Shown here: in pieces, positions 1 through 13,165 of the stretch
Layout: every line of letters begins with the position of its first letter
Position numbering within the stretch: the stretch's first letter is position 1
Assembly (NCBI GenBank): GCA_010909165.1
Contig: MU008180.1
Span: 805,884-869,883, forward strand
Direction: 5' to 3'
Source of the DNA: Anthoceros angustus
Lineage: Eukaryota; Plantae; Anthocerotophyta
DNA: 64,000 bases
The notes under the pieces: generated by a model
The model's database searches: none
What the model was told of the DNA's origin: nothing
The model's input: the letters and a program-made list of their open reading frames with translations, nothing else
Program-made: the position numbers and the translations under genes

Positions 1-3000
1 CTTTCAACTGGTGTGCTGGAAACAACACTTCCTCTTCTACTTTGGCTTTGGTTAGTTCGTGGGGCGATTTCAGGTGGAGCGGAATTGAGCTCCGATCTTA
101 TGCCCGATTTGCTATCTTCAGTTGCTGTATTGCCAGGTACAAAATAACCATGGAGCGGCATGAAAGCCATACGGTATTATGAATCATGGACCAGCATTTT
201 AAAACATATATTTTTTATGTATGTCCAATTGATTATGAATCATGGACCATCATTTTAAAAAATATATTTTTTATGTATGTCCAGTTGATTTTGTGATGAC
301 CATGAGTTTGTACCTTTGCTTCTGTTGGAAATGATCCCATTGTCAATATTATCTGTTGTACTATGTGTTGTTGAGCTCCGTGCTGTAGACAAGCGTTGGG
401 CTAGGGCCTTTTCATTCCCTTCCTTCATTGAAAGATTCACTTGAGTAATGTAAAACTGCTCATGCATCTCAACATTTCTCAAAAGTCTTGCCACTTTTGA
501 GAGTCCATTGTCAAATCCACATTTTGCCAACAGTGAGAAGCTTTGAACTTCATGCCCTTTACTCAAAGGCCATATTTGAATTCCTACTCCAAAGGATAAG
601 AAGAATGAGATTTTTAGTACAACTATAATAAGAGTTTAGGAAATTGTTCACTAATTAGTCACATGGAAGATAAGTACCAGGTTCTAACATTGTACTCCAA
701 CATTCTGTCTTTATATGCTCTACTAAAATATCCTTCTTCAAGTCATCAGTGCGCACCTATCTCAACAATAAGTAATGTTAAAAGCATGTTGAAAGATTTA
801 TATTTTTTTACATATAGATTTTAAAAATATATAACTACGTACCTTTTCATGAGCGTTTTCAACTTTATCTTCTCCTTCATTTCTTAGTGATTTTTCCAAA
901 TCTATATCCACTATTAGCTCGACAGAATTTAATTTTTCCAATTGAGGTGCCTGTAAAAAATTAGACACCGAATGTTTATGGTAATGATACCCACAACTTT
1001 CAAATGTGAAAGAAGTTTTGAAGGAAGTAATGGTTTTATAACTAATATTAAAATCTTAACTATACCTCTTTATTTTTATCGAGTACTTCATTGAATTCAT
1101 TACGAATACATAGAATACGTTTTCTCATCTCATTTTTATAAGCTTCTGCTGCTAATAAGGACCTATCAAAAGTAAATAATTAAAGTATATGTACATAAAT
1201 AAATAAATTATTTTAATTTTAATTTTTAAGAAATACCTCTCTTGCAGTTTCTTTTCATGGTCCTCAACCATAGATGATATATTTTCATCATGATCTTCTC
1301 TATTATAAGGCTTCTTAGGTTCCGTGATATTAACATCATCCTTTATTCGTGAAATATTATCTATTTTTAATTATAATTTATTAACCATGAATTTTTTTAA
1401 AGTATCAATTATTTCATTATATTAAATACTTATTTTATGGTAATAATTCATCTATTTATCTTTATCTATTCAAATGAGATAATTATGAAATCGATATACT
1501 TTTTGACTTCCAGAAACCAAAGTTTTAGATGTATTGGTAGACAAACAATACAAACTTACTTCCACGCATTTTCACAATGCCAACATCCGCTGCATCACAT
1601 GAGAATATTAGGCCAGTTGCACTTCCTGTGAAAAGTCTTCCCCCTCCTATAGTGGCACAAGTTATTCCTCCGCTATGTCCATCGAACATTTTTATTTCTA
1701 GAACCTGAAAGTTTCTCATATTTATGAAAAGACCTCTGAAAAGTTCATTTGTATCAAGAACAAGGATTAAAAGAGCGAGAATGTGTGCGATGTCTTAAAT
1801 AACTTGAAATGCACCTTAGTTGGAGGTTTCACAGGGTCTAAGACAGAATTTCGTATTTGCAGTACGCCGTCTTCCGCACCAGTCACAAGTATGGAGGCCT
1901 CCGGTAGAAAAACTAAAAGTAATTCAGATGTGTGGGGATTAGTGTATGATCCTACTAGAAAAACATGTCATCTACATAAGATATTGATTTCTCATATCTG
2001 AATGCTCTTAGTACCAATTGCAAATCCAGGCTTGGCATGTGCTAATAAACTATGTTGAGCTGTATGAGGCATGGCATCAGGTCCAGTCCATCCTTGCAAA
2101 CTATCAGGTAGCCTATACAATAGGAGCTTTTTATCTGCAGCAAGTCCCCAAACTACTCGTCTTTCTACGCCCTCCTTTTCGAGATAATACTTTCCCACCG
2201 CAATGGAATTTAAAGGAACTGTAGTCCGAATACTGGGAAAATTAGTTGCATTAGTATCATCTATTTAAACATTATTGTTTATAAGTTATGCTTTATATGT
2301 TATGTTACACATGATGACTACATGTAGATTAGACATGTATTACAACCATGCATGCTCTTGCTGAAAGTCTCGAAGTGCCTGACTCAATCCGTCTAATGAC
2401 TTTGGTTTCGAAAACAAGCCCTCCTCCTGGAGCTCTTGTTGTTGGTACTTTGATTCGAACAATCTCCCCTCGTAATAAGGATATCATAATATACATATCT
2501 TCATCTCCTGTTGTATTCATGCTAGTATGAAAAAACTGAAGTTACACGTATCATGTAGGAAACCCCTCATATTTTTTTGGTTGATACAATGCACAACAAA
2601 ATTGGGACTTGAAAGCAAGGAAGCATTACATGTTGACGTAGTTTCTTTTCACCTTTAGATTGGATATCCCAAGCCATAGACAACACAGGATCCTTCATTA
2701 ATGCAAACCCTAAAAGTTGTAAATGCATCCAATCAGGTGTTTCACTTTGAAGAAAGAACACTCTTTCATCCATGTGTGACGCAACCACTAGCATAGGAGT
2801 TGTCGTGCTAAAGAGTATCTACAAAACCAAGATATCTTGACAAAGATAAAAAATTATGAAAACTAGCATATCTATATATTGATAACATATAATACTTTTG
2901 CAAACGTGTTACGAATGTCATGCAGTTTTCTTACCACATTCAAGGAACACCTATGCACCTTGCTATGAAAAATAATAATAGAATGTCCTGCAGAATCCAC

Positions 3001-6000
3001 TTTCAAAATATGAACATCGCCATTTTCCGCTCCTATAGCTACTAGACACTATTAATGAAAAATAGATTCTTTTAGATGAAGTGCTAATTTTCTTATCTAC
3101 CATTTTTCAAAAAAGTTGTCACTTGCTTACATTGGACTCATGTGTGGCTAAACAATTTTGAGTATGAGGCATGGCATCAGTCCACCATCCTTGCAAACTA
3201 TCGTAGCCTATACAATAGGAGCTTTTATCCGCAGCAAGTCCCCAAACTACTGCCTTTCTACGCCTCCTTTTCGAGATAATACTTTCCCACCGCAATGGAA
3301 TTTAAAGGAACCGTAGTCCAGAATCTTGGGAAAATTAGTTGCATTAGTATCATCTATTTAAACATTATTGTTTATAAGTTATGCTTTATATGTTATGTTA
3401 CACATGATGACTACATGTAGATTAGACATGTATTACAACCATGCATGCTCTTGCTGAAAGTCTCTGCACGAAGTGCACAAACCTGATCCGTCTAATGACT
3501 TTGGTTTCGAAAACAAGCCCTCCTCCTGGAGCTCTTGTTGTTGGTACTTTGATTCGAACAATCTCCCCTCGTAATAAGGATATCATAATATACATATCTT
3601 CATCTCCTGTTGTATTCATGCTAGTATGAAAAAACTGAAGTTACACGTATCATGTAGGAAACCCCTCATATTTTTTTGGTTGATACAATGCACAACAAAA
3701 TTGGGACTTGAAAGCAAGGAAGCATTACATGTTGACGTAGTTTCTTTTCACCTTTAGATTGGATATCCCAAGCCATAGACAACACAGGATCCTTCATTAA
3801 TGCAAACCCTAAAAGTTGTAAATGCATCCAATCAGGTGTTTCACTTTGAAGAAAGAACACTCTTTCATCCATGTGTGACGCAACCACTAGCATAGGAGTT
3901 GTCGTGCTAAAGAGTATCTACAAAACCAAGATATCTTGACAAAGATAAAAAATTATGAAAACTAGCATATCTATATATTGATAACATATAATACTTTTGC
4001 AAACGTGTTACGAATGTCATGCAGTTTTCTTACCACATTCAAGGAACACCTATGCACCTTGCTATGAAAAATAATAATAGAATGTCCTGCAGAATCCACT
4101 TTCAAAATATGAACATCGCCATTTTCCGCTCCTATAGCTACTAGACACTGTTAATGAAAAATAGATTCTTTTAGATGAAGTGCTAATTTTCTTATCTACC
4201 ATTTTTCAAAAAAGTTGTCACTTGCTTACATTGGACTCATGTGTGGCTAAACAATTTTGTATGAATTTAAATTGGTGATGATAAACCTCCTTCCCCTTGT
4301 CGGCCTCCCATATTCTTACTGTGGAATCCCTCCCACAAGTTACTAAATATTTTCCATCCCTGCACAATTGAATGAAGGTTTTTGAGCATTCACGAAATGA
4401 CTATTACTTGTACACGTATTTCTGGACATAATTCTACCTTAGAGTGCCCATGGCTAATATAGAACCAATATGATGAGTGCTTTGCCATTCTACTAGAGCA
4501 ACTTGTGAAGCTAACGGTGATTGAGGCTTTGTTTTAGAATCAACTACCACCACTTGAGGTGCTCCTTTGTGATGATCTGGCACTAATGGCAAAGGCTTTA
4601 CTTCAGCCATAGGTGTAATTCCATGAAGCATGTGTTGCAACAATGTAGTAGACACATGAAGAGTCATCATCACCCCATTTGATGATCCTATTAAGACTTG
4701 AGCACCATCATCTCTATATGAAATAGACACAATATCAGGAAGAGCTAAGTGCATCTCGATTATTGTGTCTAAAGTAGAGCTCAGTTGTGCCAACTCTATA
4801 GATGTGGAATCTTGTTGAGGGAGACCTAAGAATGAAGTGATATGTCAAAGGCTTTTGAGATAAGTCGTACATAGATTTGCATTATGATATGTATCAACCA
4901 AAGTAACAAGAGGAACAACGGTGCATCTCTCTGAACAAGGAACTCACCAATTGATGGACTTTGCACCCACAGTAAATGACCACCATCCATGGCTACCAAC
5001 AAATGTTCTTCTCGAGCACATATATGAGTAATAGTACAAGGATTATGAACTTTGACTATCCTTTGTAATTTGTGCAACTCATCATCTCCTTCTAGATCTA
5101 CATTTGATCTTATGTTGAAGACAAATATCTCTCCATCTTTTCCACCAACATATATGATGTTCTCATGGGATGTCCATGTAAAGCATAAAGGAACATGAGT
5201 TCCCATTGCTAATTTATTACATGTGAAGGACGTTTTCTGTATATCACACAAACCAAACAATATAAATATCATAACCAGTACTAGAGATGACACACTAATT
5301 AAATCAAAAGGTTATAGATAATATGATTTGCGACTTGTGGATAGTACACAATTATAGCAAACCATACACTCTAAAAAAATGATCAATATTTCAAATGCAA
5401 GAGTTGTTGCAAAGAGTCTACGTGGTAACTTGATTGAAAAGTCCATATGTAAATTTCTCCATATCCTGAAACACATAATTGATTCTTATTCAGTGGGTTG
5501 AAGCAAATGTCTTGTGCAACACATTCTCCTAAGTGCCCTTCGATAAGCTTTTCAGCTGAATTGGCTTGAATGATCCACAATATCTACATATAAATCAATA
5601 ACAAATCATATTTTCTAAATAAAAGAATAAGTAGATTAACAAAAGGTTTCGAAAAACTCTTACCAGACGAAAGTCAGGTTCACAAGAAGCTGTTGCAAAC
5701 AGTTGAGCATCATGAGAAAATGCCAATGCGGAGATCTCTAGTTGTGCTACATCTGAAACATGGACAGTTACATGTTATAACTACAGGACGATGGAAAGAA
5801 CTTCACATCTTTCTCCAAATTTATGATAATACTTTACTATGTACAGCTATTTTGGTTAATGTCTACAACCAAGATTTGTTTATGGATCAAAAAGTCACCT
5901 GAAATTTTTGTAATTAACCTGTATCTTTGGTCTTTGCAGTCATGAATATATATTGATGGTTTAAGTCCCTGAATACAAATTAGCAACTAAGTATCAAGCT

Positions 6001-6472
6001 CCTTATAAGCCTATATCTTTGATCTTTGTAATCATGAATATATATTGATGATTTAGTCCTTGAATACAAACTAGGAACTAAGTGACAAAATTTTCTAAGT
6101 AATAAAATTTTTTTGAGTACAAAAAATAGATATCCAATATGTAGAAAGAGCTCTACCTTTTCAGCATAAGCAACATATTGGGTCTGAGGATGATATGCAA
6201 TTGTAGACATTCCTATTCCTTCACCCCAAAAGGCATGCGTGTTTTTGCCGCCACAAAGCGAGTAGTAACATATTGAGTTTCCGCAAATTGACAAAGCTCT
6301 TGCATTGTCCACATAGCAAAGTGGTGCACCTTGGTAACCAATGACATATCTATGCATCCATACAAAGAGTACTTTATATTACGATAATCAAGTAGTTCTT
6401 TTCTTCCATAAAGGAATATCCAATGAACTAACATCATTAAATCTTAGCTTACTCTACTATTACTGCACCCAT
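1..6472 (-). CDS. CFAP43: CFAP43/WDR96-like cilia- and flagella-associated WD40 protein, multi-exon, runs off the left edge (3' part missing); start codon uncertain (6472 via a short first exon, or near 6357)
   Basis: N-terminal exons YVIGYQGAPLCYVDNARALSICGNSICYY...AYAEK, ISALAFSHDAQLFATASCEPDFRL and QDICFNPLNKNQLCVSGYGEIYIW resemble the recalled CFAP43 N-terminus (VQGF..NVHFV..ICYPCGNY; MSFNPMNWRQLC). Further WD-like exons at 4826-5293, 4434-4793, 3422-3893, 1992-2198, 1525-1719, 255-566 and 1-150. Confidence 0.75.
176..292. repeat. ~56-bp tandem duplication, probably intronic in CFAP43
   Basis: attatgaatcatggacca(g/t)cattttaaaa(c/a)atatattttttatgtatgtcca occurs twice back to back. Confidence 0.85.
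2062..4264. repeat. ~1.1-kb tandem duplication of CFAP43 exons (copy 1 ~2062-3161, copy 2 ~3162-4264)
   Basis: Identical ORFs 2567..2794 and 3666..3893; near-identical ORFs 2329..2520 and 3422..3619; shared GTATGA at the left boundary, junction and right boundary. Confidence 0.95.
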
Positions 6473-7692
6473 TGTAGAAGATGAAGTAATCAAACTTTTG
6501 TATGTCTAGGTATCCAGAATAACACAACTTAGATGACCCATGGCATAGTTGTATTAAAAACTTGTTCCGACACAATTATCCAATTGTCCAATATTTCTCT
6601 CTTGCATGATCCAGCTCAAAAGTGTTCAATAAATAGAATGTCTTTTTGGTATGATCAACTCAAAAGTAAGTGTACAAGATTTCGGTTCGCCACTATTCCT
6701 CAGTGTTTTATATACAAGAAGCTATTACCACAAGTTTGCACAGAAAATCTAAAAACACATCACCCACAGATAGTAGAACAAATCTTAGTTGATATAGCTA
6801 TTAGGCGCCCCACTGCCTTATGGATAAACCTTTGGGTAGACCATTAGGCACAATAAAATTAATTTAAAAAAAGGCACTTCGAAACTTATTATAATTGTGT
6901 GTAGGATATATATCTACAACACATAATTTCTAACACCATAATTTTTGAGAATTCTGGTACGGACCAGCTAATATCTATATTATTAGGTAAAGTAAAAAAA
7001 ATTGCCGAATGAATATGTCAACTATGATATACCGATTCGTAAGATTCTAAGATGGAAGCTCATCAATTGATATTATAAGAGCCGCCGTTGCTTAATTACA
7101 TAAGTTTGACTTTAAAGGCCTACCTATATAGATACCTAGTTGATGGGTAAAAGTATTTTTCATACCTTGAAAAATATGATTCAATATTTCATTATATCTC
7201 TTAAAAATATTATTCTATAAGCCATTGGGGTTTTGTGGTAATAAATTATTTAAAAAATTCAAAAAATAAATTATGGCCTCTCGAAATGCCCAAAGATTTC
7301 AAGTTGCCAAAGGCTGATGAACAAGTACAGCCCTGGTGTGCTGCAAAGATATAAAATTGGCGAGACACGATATTGGCAATGAAACGTCCACTACATCAAC
7401 CCAAAATTCAAGCCAATTCCACATAAGTAGCCGCACCGCAATTAGGAAAAAAAATTAAAGGGTTTGGCAAGGAGTGCTGAACCCTAAACCTTGGTGGCCT
7501 CTACAATATATAGCTATCAATTCAATTAAATAAATACGAAAAACTTTATTATAATAAACTATTGTAAAAAACTTATTCTAAAGTACTGGACTATCACTGG
7601 CATAATTCTATTTAATTATCCCAAAATATGATGTTTGATGAGCGGGTGCAACTCTATCATTTTGAGCCAGTATGGTCGTTACCAGATCAAAT

Positions 7693-7930
7693 GGGAAGCA
7701 CCTTACTTGAATTGTAAGGTTTCGTGTCACTAGAAAACAAAGGGAGCACCTCACTTGAACTGTAAGGTTTATCATCATCAGAAACCATTGGAAGTAGCTC
7801 ACTTGAACAAATCTCACTTGAACTATAAGGCTTATCGTTATCAGATTCCATTGGAAGTACCTTACTTGAACTATAAAGTTTAGTGTCACCATAAAAAAAA
7901 TAGAAGCACCTGACTCAAACTCTAAGGCTT
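7693..7930. repeat. Degenerate ~50-bp tandem array (~5 units), probably transposon subterminal sequence
   Basis: Recurring g(g)aagcacct(t/c)acttgaa(c/t)t(g/a)taaggttt core, next to the Harbinger relic. Confidence 0.7.
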
Positions 7931-8129
7931 ATAGCTTACCACCTTGGGGCTTACGGCACAAGGCTTGAGGCATATAAGCTTACAGGCTTGGGTTGAAGGC
8001 CTAAAGGTCTAGGGTCTTGAGACTAGGGTCTAGGGTCCACTAGTTAGGGCAAAAGAGGCTCAGCTAGGGGCTAAAGATGCCTCGTTAGGCCTAAAGCCTA
8101 GGATATAAAAGTGGGATTAGTAGAAAGCG

Positions 8130-8680
8130 GTGACCACGAAGGGAAAGCACGTTCTTCATCAGATGCATCTCTATGGACAATGCACATGTTGTACGTGTCA
8201 GGATGAGAACTGTACACCATTGCTAGAGTATGCCTGAGTTTCATGTCCAATCGTTTTAGTAAGCATCGCCAATTTGCTTTCAAGGTTCCAAAAGGCACTC
8301 AATAGACATCCTAGTGCTGCTTTGAACATAATTTCAATATTGTTGCCATCGGTATTACCCGTCCTTGAAGCCTCGATATGGTGTGAGCATGAAAAGTCTT
8401 GGCCAATAGTAAATGTCGCCTACTTGGCTATAGTGCCCCAATTGTTTTTTTGTCACATTTTTGGCCAAGTTGAGTTTCGTTTGAATAGATTCCAATAATT
8501 CAAACTATCTGCCTCACCAAAATTATGATACAATATCCATATGATACAATAGTCAATTGTAATAGTTGTGAATAAAATCCTTTGCGATTGCAGTAATAAT
8601 CTTTGTTTACTTAGGGCCAATGATAGGAATATGTCACCCATCGACTAATCCAACCACAAAAGAAATACCTTCAATATTAG
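8130..8680 (-). mobile_element. PIF/Harbinger DDE transposase (DDE_Tnp_4-like) relic with stops and frameshifts
   Basis: Minus-strand pieces read GLVDG/HIPIIGPK, KDYYCNRKGFYSQLLQ, MLTPYRG, NYVQSSTRMSIEC, FGTLKANWRCLLKRLD and YNMCIVHRD, in the canonical Harbinger motif order. Confidence 0.8.
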
Positions 8681-9299
8681 CAAACTTATTTACATATTGC
8701 TCCATTCATATGCGGTCATGAGGCACTAGCCGGTTAGTGAAGATCAATTGAAGTGTGAAACCACCCTCATTAGGAGGTCCTTAATTGCTTACAAAGAGAG
8801 CCCGATGCAAGATATATAGACACACAACTTTGCTAGGAAGATGCATAAAGCAACAATCAACACTAGGGTACTGCTGTATTGGGTGCATGCATGGTTTGGT
8901 GCTCACTTTGGTGCGTAACGGTTGAAACATCCTTCTTTTGTCCTCTTATATTGAATATAATTTTATATAATTGATTTCGTTTCCAAACGATATGGTATTT
9001 TTATAGCTCATAGTATTCTTATGTATGTATCTAAGGTTAAAATATGAAATTAGATTATGGAAAAAAAACCTTGAAAAAAAATGCCTTGGTCCGGGGACGC
9101 TAAGACGGGCAATGTCCTCGACATTTGTCCATTGTGCCATGTTATTTTTACGAACCGGGGGAGTGAAGGAAGGGCATTGTCCATACATTTACTAGCGCCC
9201 CACCACGGACGCACCGCCGGTGCACTTGTTAATTTTATGGGCTGATATCAAGCATCTCGGTTTCATCAAGTACTTCAAACACAACGGGAAACCATGTGC

Positions 9300-10532
9300 G
9301 AGCAAGGCCTGTAGGTGATGGTGATGGCGCCCAGTGGATGCTTCATTCGAAGCCACAAACAAGTTGGCTCAGTGGAGGTAGGCATCTACACGCAACAATC
9401 CGCCAGTGGATGCATCATGAGACGCGGGCTCGGCGGAACAGCCATTTGTTGCGATTGCACATAGGCATGAGTGGTGGAGTGGGTGAAATCGAACCATGTA
9501 GGCGGGTCCAAGCTAGATGTTTAGGGTTTGGTCTCACACGGGCGCGCATGGTTGCTGCAGGCCATGTGAAGACATCGTTGTGCAGGAAAGGTCGTCTGAA
9601 GATCGGGCTTGGTGACTCTCTAGCGGGCAGACACGCATTTTCGGCCCCCTCAAAGAGGTATGGCACGTTCACCAGGAAGCCAGAGGCGAGCATGGGCTGA
9701 GAGCAAGCGTCGCCAGAGGCTGCGGCAGGCACAGGCAGCAGCTGTAGTGGCAGAGCAAATCCTGGAAGGACAGACGCCTAGTGTGATAGAAGTGGGGCTA
9801 TCTGAAGAAAGCATTTGCGTGGGGGCGGGGAGGCGGGGAGGGGGATGCGGTTGGAGGCAGGCGAGGATCAAGCAAGGCTTGGGGATGTTGACCTCTCACG
9901 GACCTCAACTGCAATGAGTCAAGAAGTGGAGAGCAAGGCATGAGTGATGGTGATGGCGCCCGGTGGATGCTTCATTCGAAGCCACAAACAAGTTGGCTCG
10001 GTGGAGGTAGGCATCTACGCAACAATCCGATGGATGCATCATGACGGGCTCGGCCGGACCATTTGTTGCGATTGCACATAGGCCGTGGTGGAGTGGGTGA
10101 AATCGAACCATGTAGAAGGCGGGTCCAAGCTAGATGTTTAGGGTTTGGTCTCACGCAGGCGCGCATGGTTCTGCGAGCCATGTGAAGACATCGTTGTGCG
10201 GGAAAGGTCGTCAAGATCGGGCTTGGTGACTCTGGCGGGCGGACACGCATTTTCGGCCCCTCAAAGAGATATGGCACGTTCACGAAGCCGTGAGGCGAGC
10301 ATGGGGTGAGAGCAAGCGTCGAGGCTGCAGTGACCTGAGCGGCAGTGGCGCAAATCCTGGAAGGGCGGACACCTAGTGTGATAGAAGTGGGGCTATATGA
10401 AGAAAGCATTTGCGTGGGGGCGGGGAGGCGGGGAGGGGGATGCGGTTGGAGGCAGGCGAGGATCAAGCAAGGCTTGGGGATGTTGACCCTGTCTCACGGA
10501 CCTCAACACAGCGAGTCAAGAAGTGGAGAGCA
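9300..10532. repeat. GC-rich ~0.6-kb tandem duplication (copy 1 ~9300-9930, copy 2 ~9931-10527)
   Basis: Duplicated ORF starts (MILACLQPHPPPRLPAPTQMLSS at 9871 and 10466); GAGCA at both ends and at the junction. Confidence 0.9.
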
Positions 10533-11325
10533 GTGCAGCGGGCCTTGAGCGAATCGAGTAGAATACCCATGCAGAGTAGAATATTCTACTCTTATTGTTG
10601 TGCCAATGTTTTCCCCAGTGCTTATAATTGTGGAAGCCAAAATTGAAGGTTATGTGTTTGTAGGCTGGGAGCAATTTGAGGATGCAGGCTATAGGTTGGG
10701 TGCTTGACTGTGGAGTTTTGATATTGAGATCTTTATGTGCACCCTCTGTCCGAAGGTGCACATAAATGTGAATACTCATCCAATTATGATCTTGTATTGG
10801 CAGTTAGTTTCTCACTCTCACTCCAGCTCCTTGGTGCTGGAGGGTTGCCACTAGTTTGGTGTGCTTGCCATTTCATGACTTTGGATCCAGATTCATGTAT
10901 GTGAGCTCACTGCTTGAATTTAATAGCTTAAATAGAATTTCACTGTACGTAGGACATAGTCCTACTGCAAAGAAACGCATGGGTTTCACAGTAGGGGTTT
11001 TGAACGGTTGTAGCAACATACAACACTGAAAAAGTGAACATGAAACATCTGCTTCAAAAGGTTTGGTTGTTCTACAATAGGGGTGAGAGACTAACTTGAC
11101 ATGGCGCCTACATAGAACTACTTGGTGAGGGAAATATCTAACTTGGTTTTACTTAACGTGGTAAATTGGCAGCAACTTTGCAATTGCCGTTATAAAACGT
11201 CGGAAAGATAGTTTCACTGAAAATAAAAATTATTTTTATTCTTATCATGATTTTGATTTAAGGGTTTCTCACAAGAAGGGTCTCAAAGCTAATCAAGCTG
11301 AGTAAGAAGTTCTAAGAGTACAGAT

Positions 11326-11413
11326 AACAATAATCAAGCTCCATATCAAACTAATTAAGATTATGGTCTAACAATAATCAAGCTCCATATGAAACTAATT
11401 AAGATTATGGTCT
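11326..11413. repeat. 44-bp tandem duplication
   Basis: aacaataatcaagctccatat(c/g)aaactaattaagattatggtct x2. Confidence 0.9.
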
Positions 11414-12643
11414 TCAATAACTGCTTGTTAATTAATCATAATTTTCTGATGTCCCTTATATCCAAATCAATTACGATTATACTTGGTCCGTTGGAACTTT
11501 CTTCACACGCTACTCTTTTAGTTTAGTAACTCATTCTACATATTTTTACTTTAAATACTTAAATTAGTGTATAATAGACATATCTCAAGATAGCCTCCTC
11601 AACTTAAATTAATTAATCAGACATCATAAATCAATTTATAGAATTAAGATTAGTGTAACCTAAACTTTAAAACACATTACTCCTAGCTGCAACTTGATGC
11701 ATCGTCCTTCTTTCCCTAAGCTGGCCTCCTTTGCCTAAATCTTATCTTTACGCTTACGGACCATCTGGCCACTGAGCAGTTGGCTCACTACTGATCTTCA
11801 TCAAGCATAGATCCCTAATTGGGTTGTCCATTCACGGGCAATTGGCCGTGACACCGTCAACAAAATTTACATCTCATCAAAGAGAAGGGCTCGTGTAATG
11901 GACCAGAACACCTTGGAATGCACGTATCCGGATGCCGGAGATAGAGTGTTGATTCTTTGGGCAAAAACGGAGAATCCTTGGGAAGGTTGAGAAAATACCC
12001 TCGGGGCTGGCAGCTTCGGGCACGTCATTGGAAGCTTCCAATTGAGCATGCCGCCTGTGTTGCTAATCCTGATGCTCCGGTAAGTGCAGCTATTTTGTGG
12101 TGGATGCAGCCGGAGGCAGTGAATGTGTGGCAGGCTGCACGGAGTCTTGGAAGCAGGAAAAAATTCTATTCAAAACCAGGGTGCCTGGACAGGCTGCCAC
12201 TTGAGGACTCCTTGAAGAGGGTCTGAGGATCAAGCCACTCTACAAGAGCCTCATGGGTACATCTCATCACCACGAAATCCACATCTGAGATATACCCATG
12301 AGGCTGCAGATTGTGGAGGCAGGTACCAAAGCCTGAAGCTCTTAGTTGGTTGATTGATTGGCACTTGATGAGACGGCCACGGTAAAGAGGAAATGAAGAA
12401 AAGCTCAGCTGACCAGCACAGCCTCCACTCAAACTCAACTCCGGAGAAAGTCATCACAATGCAAAACATGGTGTATTAGGTGTTCTTAATTACAACTTCA
12501 ACCCTCAGACGTCATTGATAGAGAAGAGATACATAGCTACATAGTTGGGAATACAGGTCCAAACTTTGGAATGCAGGTCGCTAGTTCATGCAAGTGGATG
12601 TGGAGCACGTGCTACTTCCTCAATATGATTTGCCCATCCCGAG

Positions 12644-13165
12644 TCACACGCCTGCTTCACTCCAAACAGATGGAGAAGAAGGAAGTGGGTCCTGCTCAGT
12701 GGAAGCAAGTGGAACAGAGGCAACTGGGTCTACCGCAACGGAGGCAACCGGAACAGGATCAACTGGGTGCAACTTAGTGGGAGCGAGTGGATCAGCGGAG
12801 TCAAACACAAGGTCGTCCCAAGAAGCAAGTGGAGCACTAGCATCCAACTCCAAGCCAAATTCGTCCGTGGAAGCCAGACCCACGATCGGAAGACAGAGGC
12901 TGCCAAAGAAAAGAATTCTCTGACAGCTTGTCAAAGCACAACATGTTCCCCCGCGACATCCTTGGAAGGAACAAGCTAAGGGAATAGACAAGTCTGAAAA
13001 ATCAAGGAGACCTCGCCTGCTCGAGCTCACATCTCGTGTGAGAGAAACTGCTCCTTTCAGCGTACGTCCGCCAAGTTTGCTTTGGTCATGCGCGTTACTA
13101 GAAACGACGGTGAAGAACACAAAAGCTATTAGCAAGACGCCGATGCTTTTTGTCCTGTTAGCCAT
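12644..13165 (-). CDS. Secreted cysteine-rich precursor (173 aa): signal peptide, RRGLL motif, 6-Cys knottin-like core, acidic Pro-rich tail
   Basis: ATG at 13165; hydrophobic N-terminus IGVLLIAFVFFTVVSSNA; core CSFQGCRGGTCCALTSCQRILFFGSLC; tail with DPLAP/DPVP/DPVAS/DPLP repeats; single uninterrupted ORF. Confidence 0.7.
   Translation of the reverse strand: MANRTKSIGVLLIAFVFFTVVSSNAHDQSKLGGRTLKGAVSLTRDVSSSRRGLLDFSDLSIPLACSFQGCRGGTCCALTSCQRILFFGSLCLPIVGLASTDEFGLELDASAPLASWDDLVFDSADPLAPTKLHPVDPVPVASVAVDPVASVPLASTEQDPLPSSPSVWSEAGV

Noticed and set aside
7693-7930. Repeat array considered as CRISPR-like
   Set aside because: Units are degenerate along their whole length with no unique spacers, there are no cas genes, and the context is eukaryotic.
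11990-12030. LGAGSFGHV, resembling a kinase glycine-rich loop, on the plus strand
   Set aside because: No VAIK, HRD or DFG motifs could be assembled downstream and stops flank it; chance match or unrecognisable relic.
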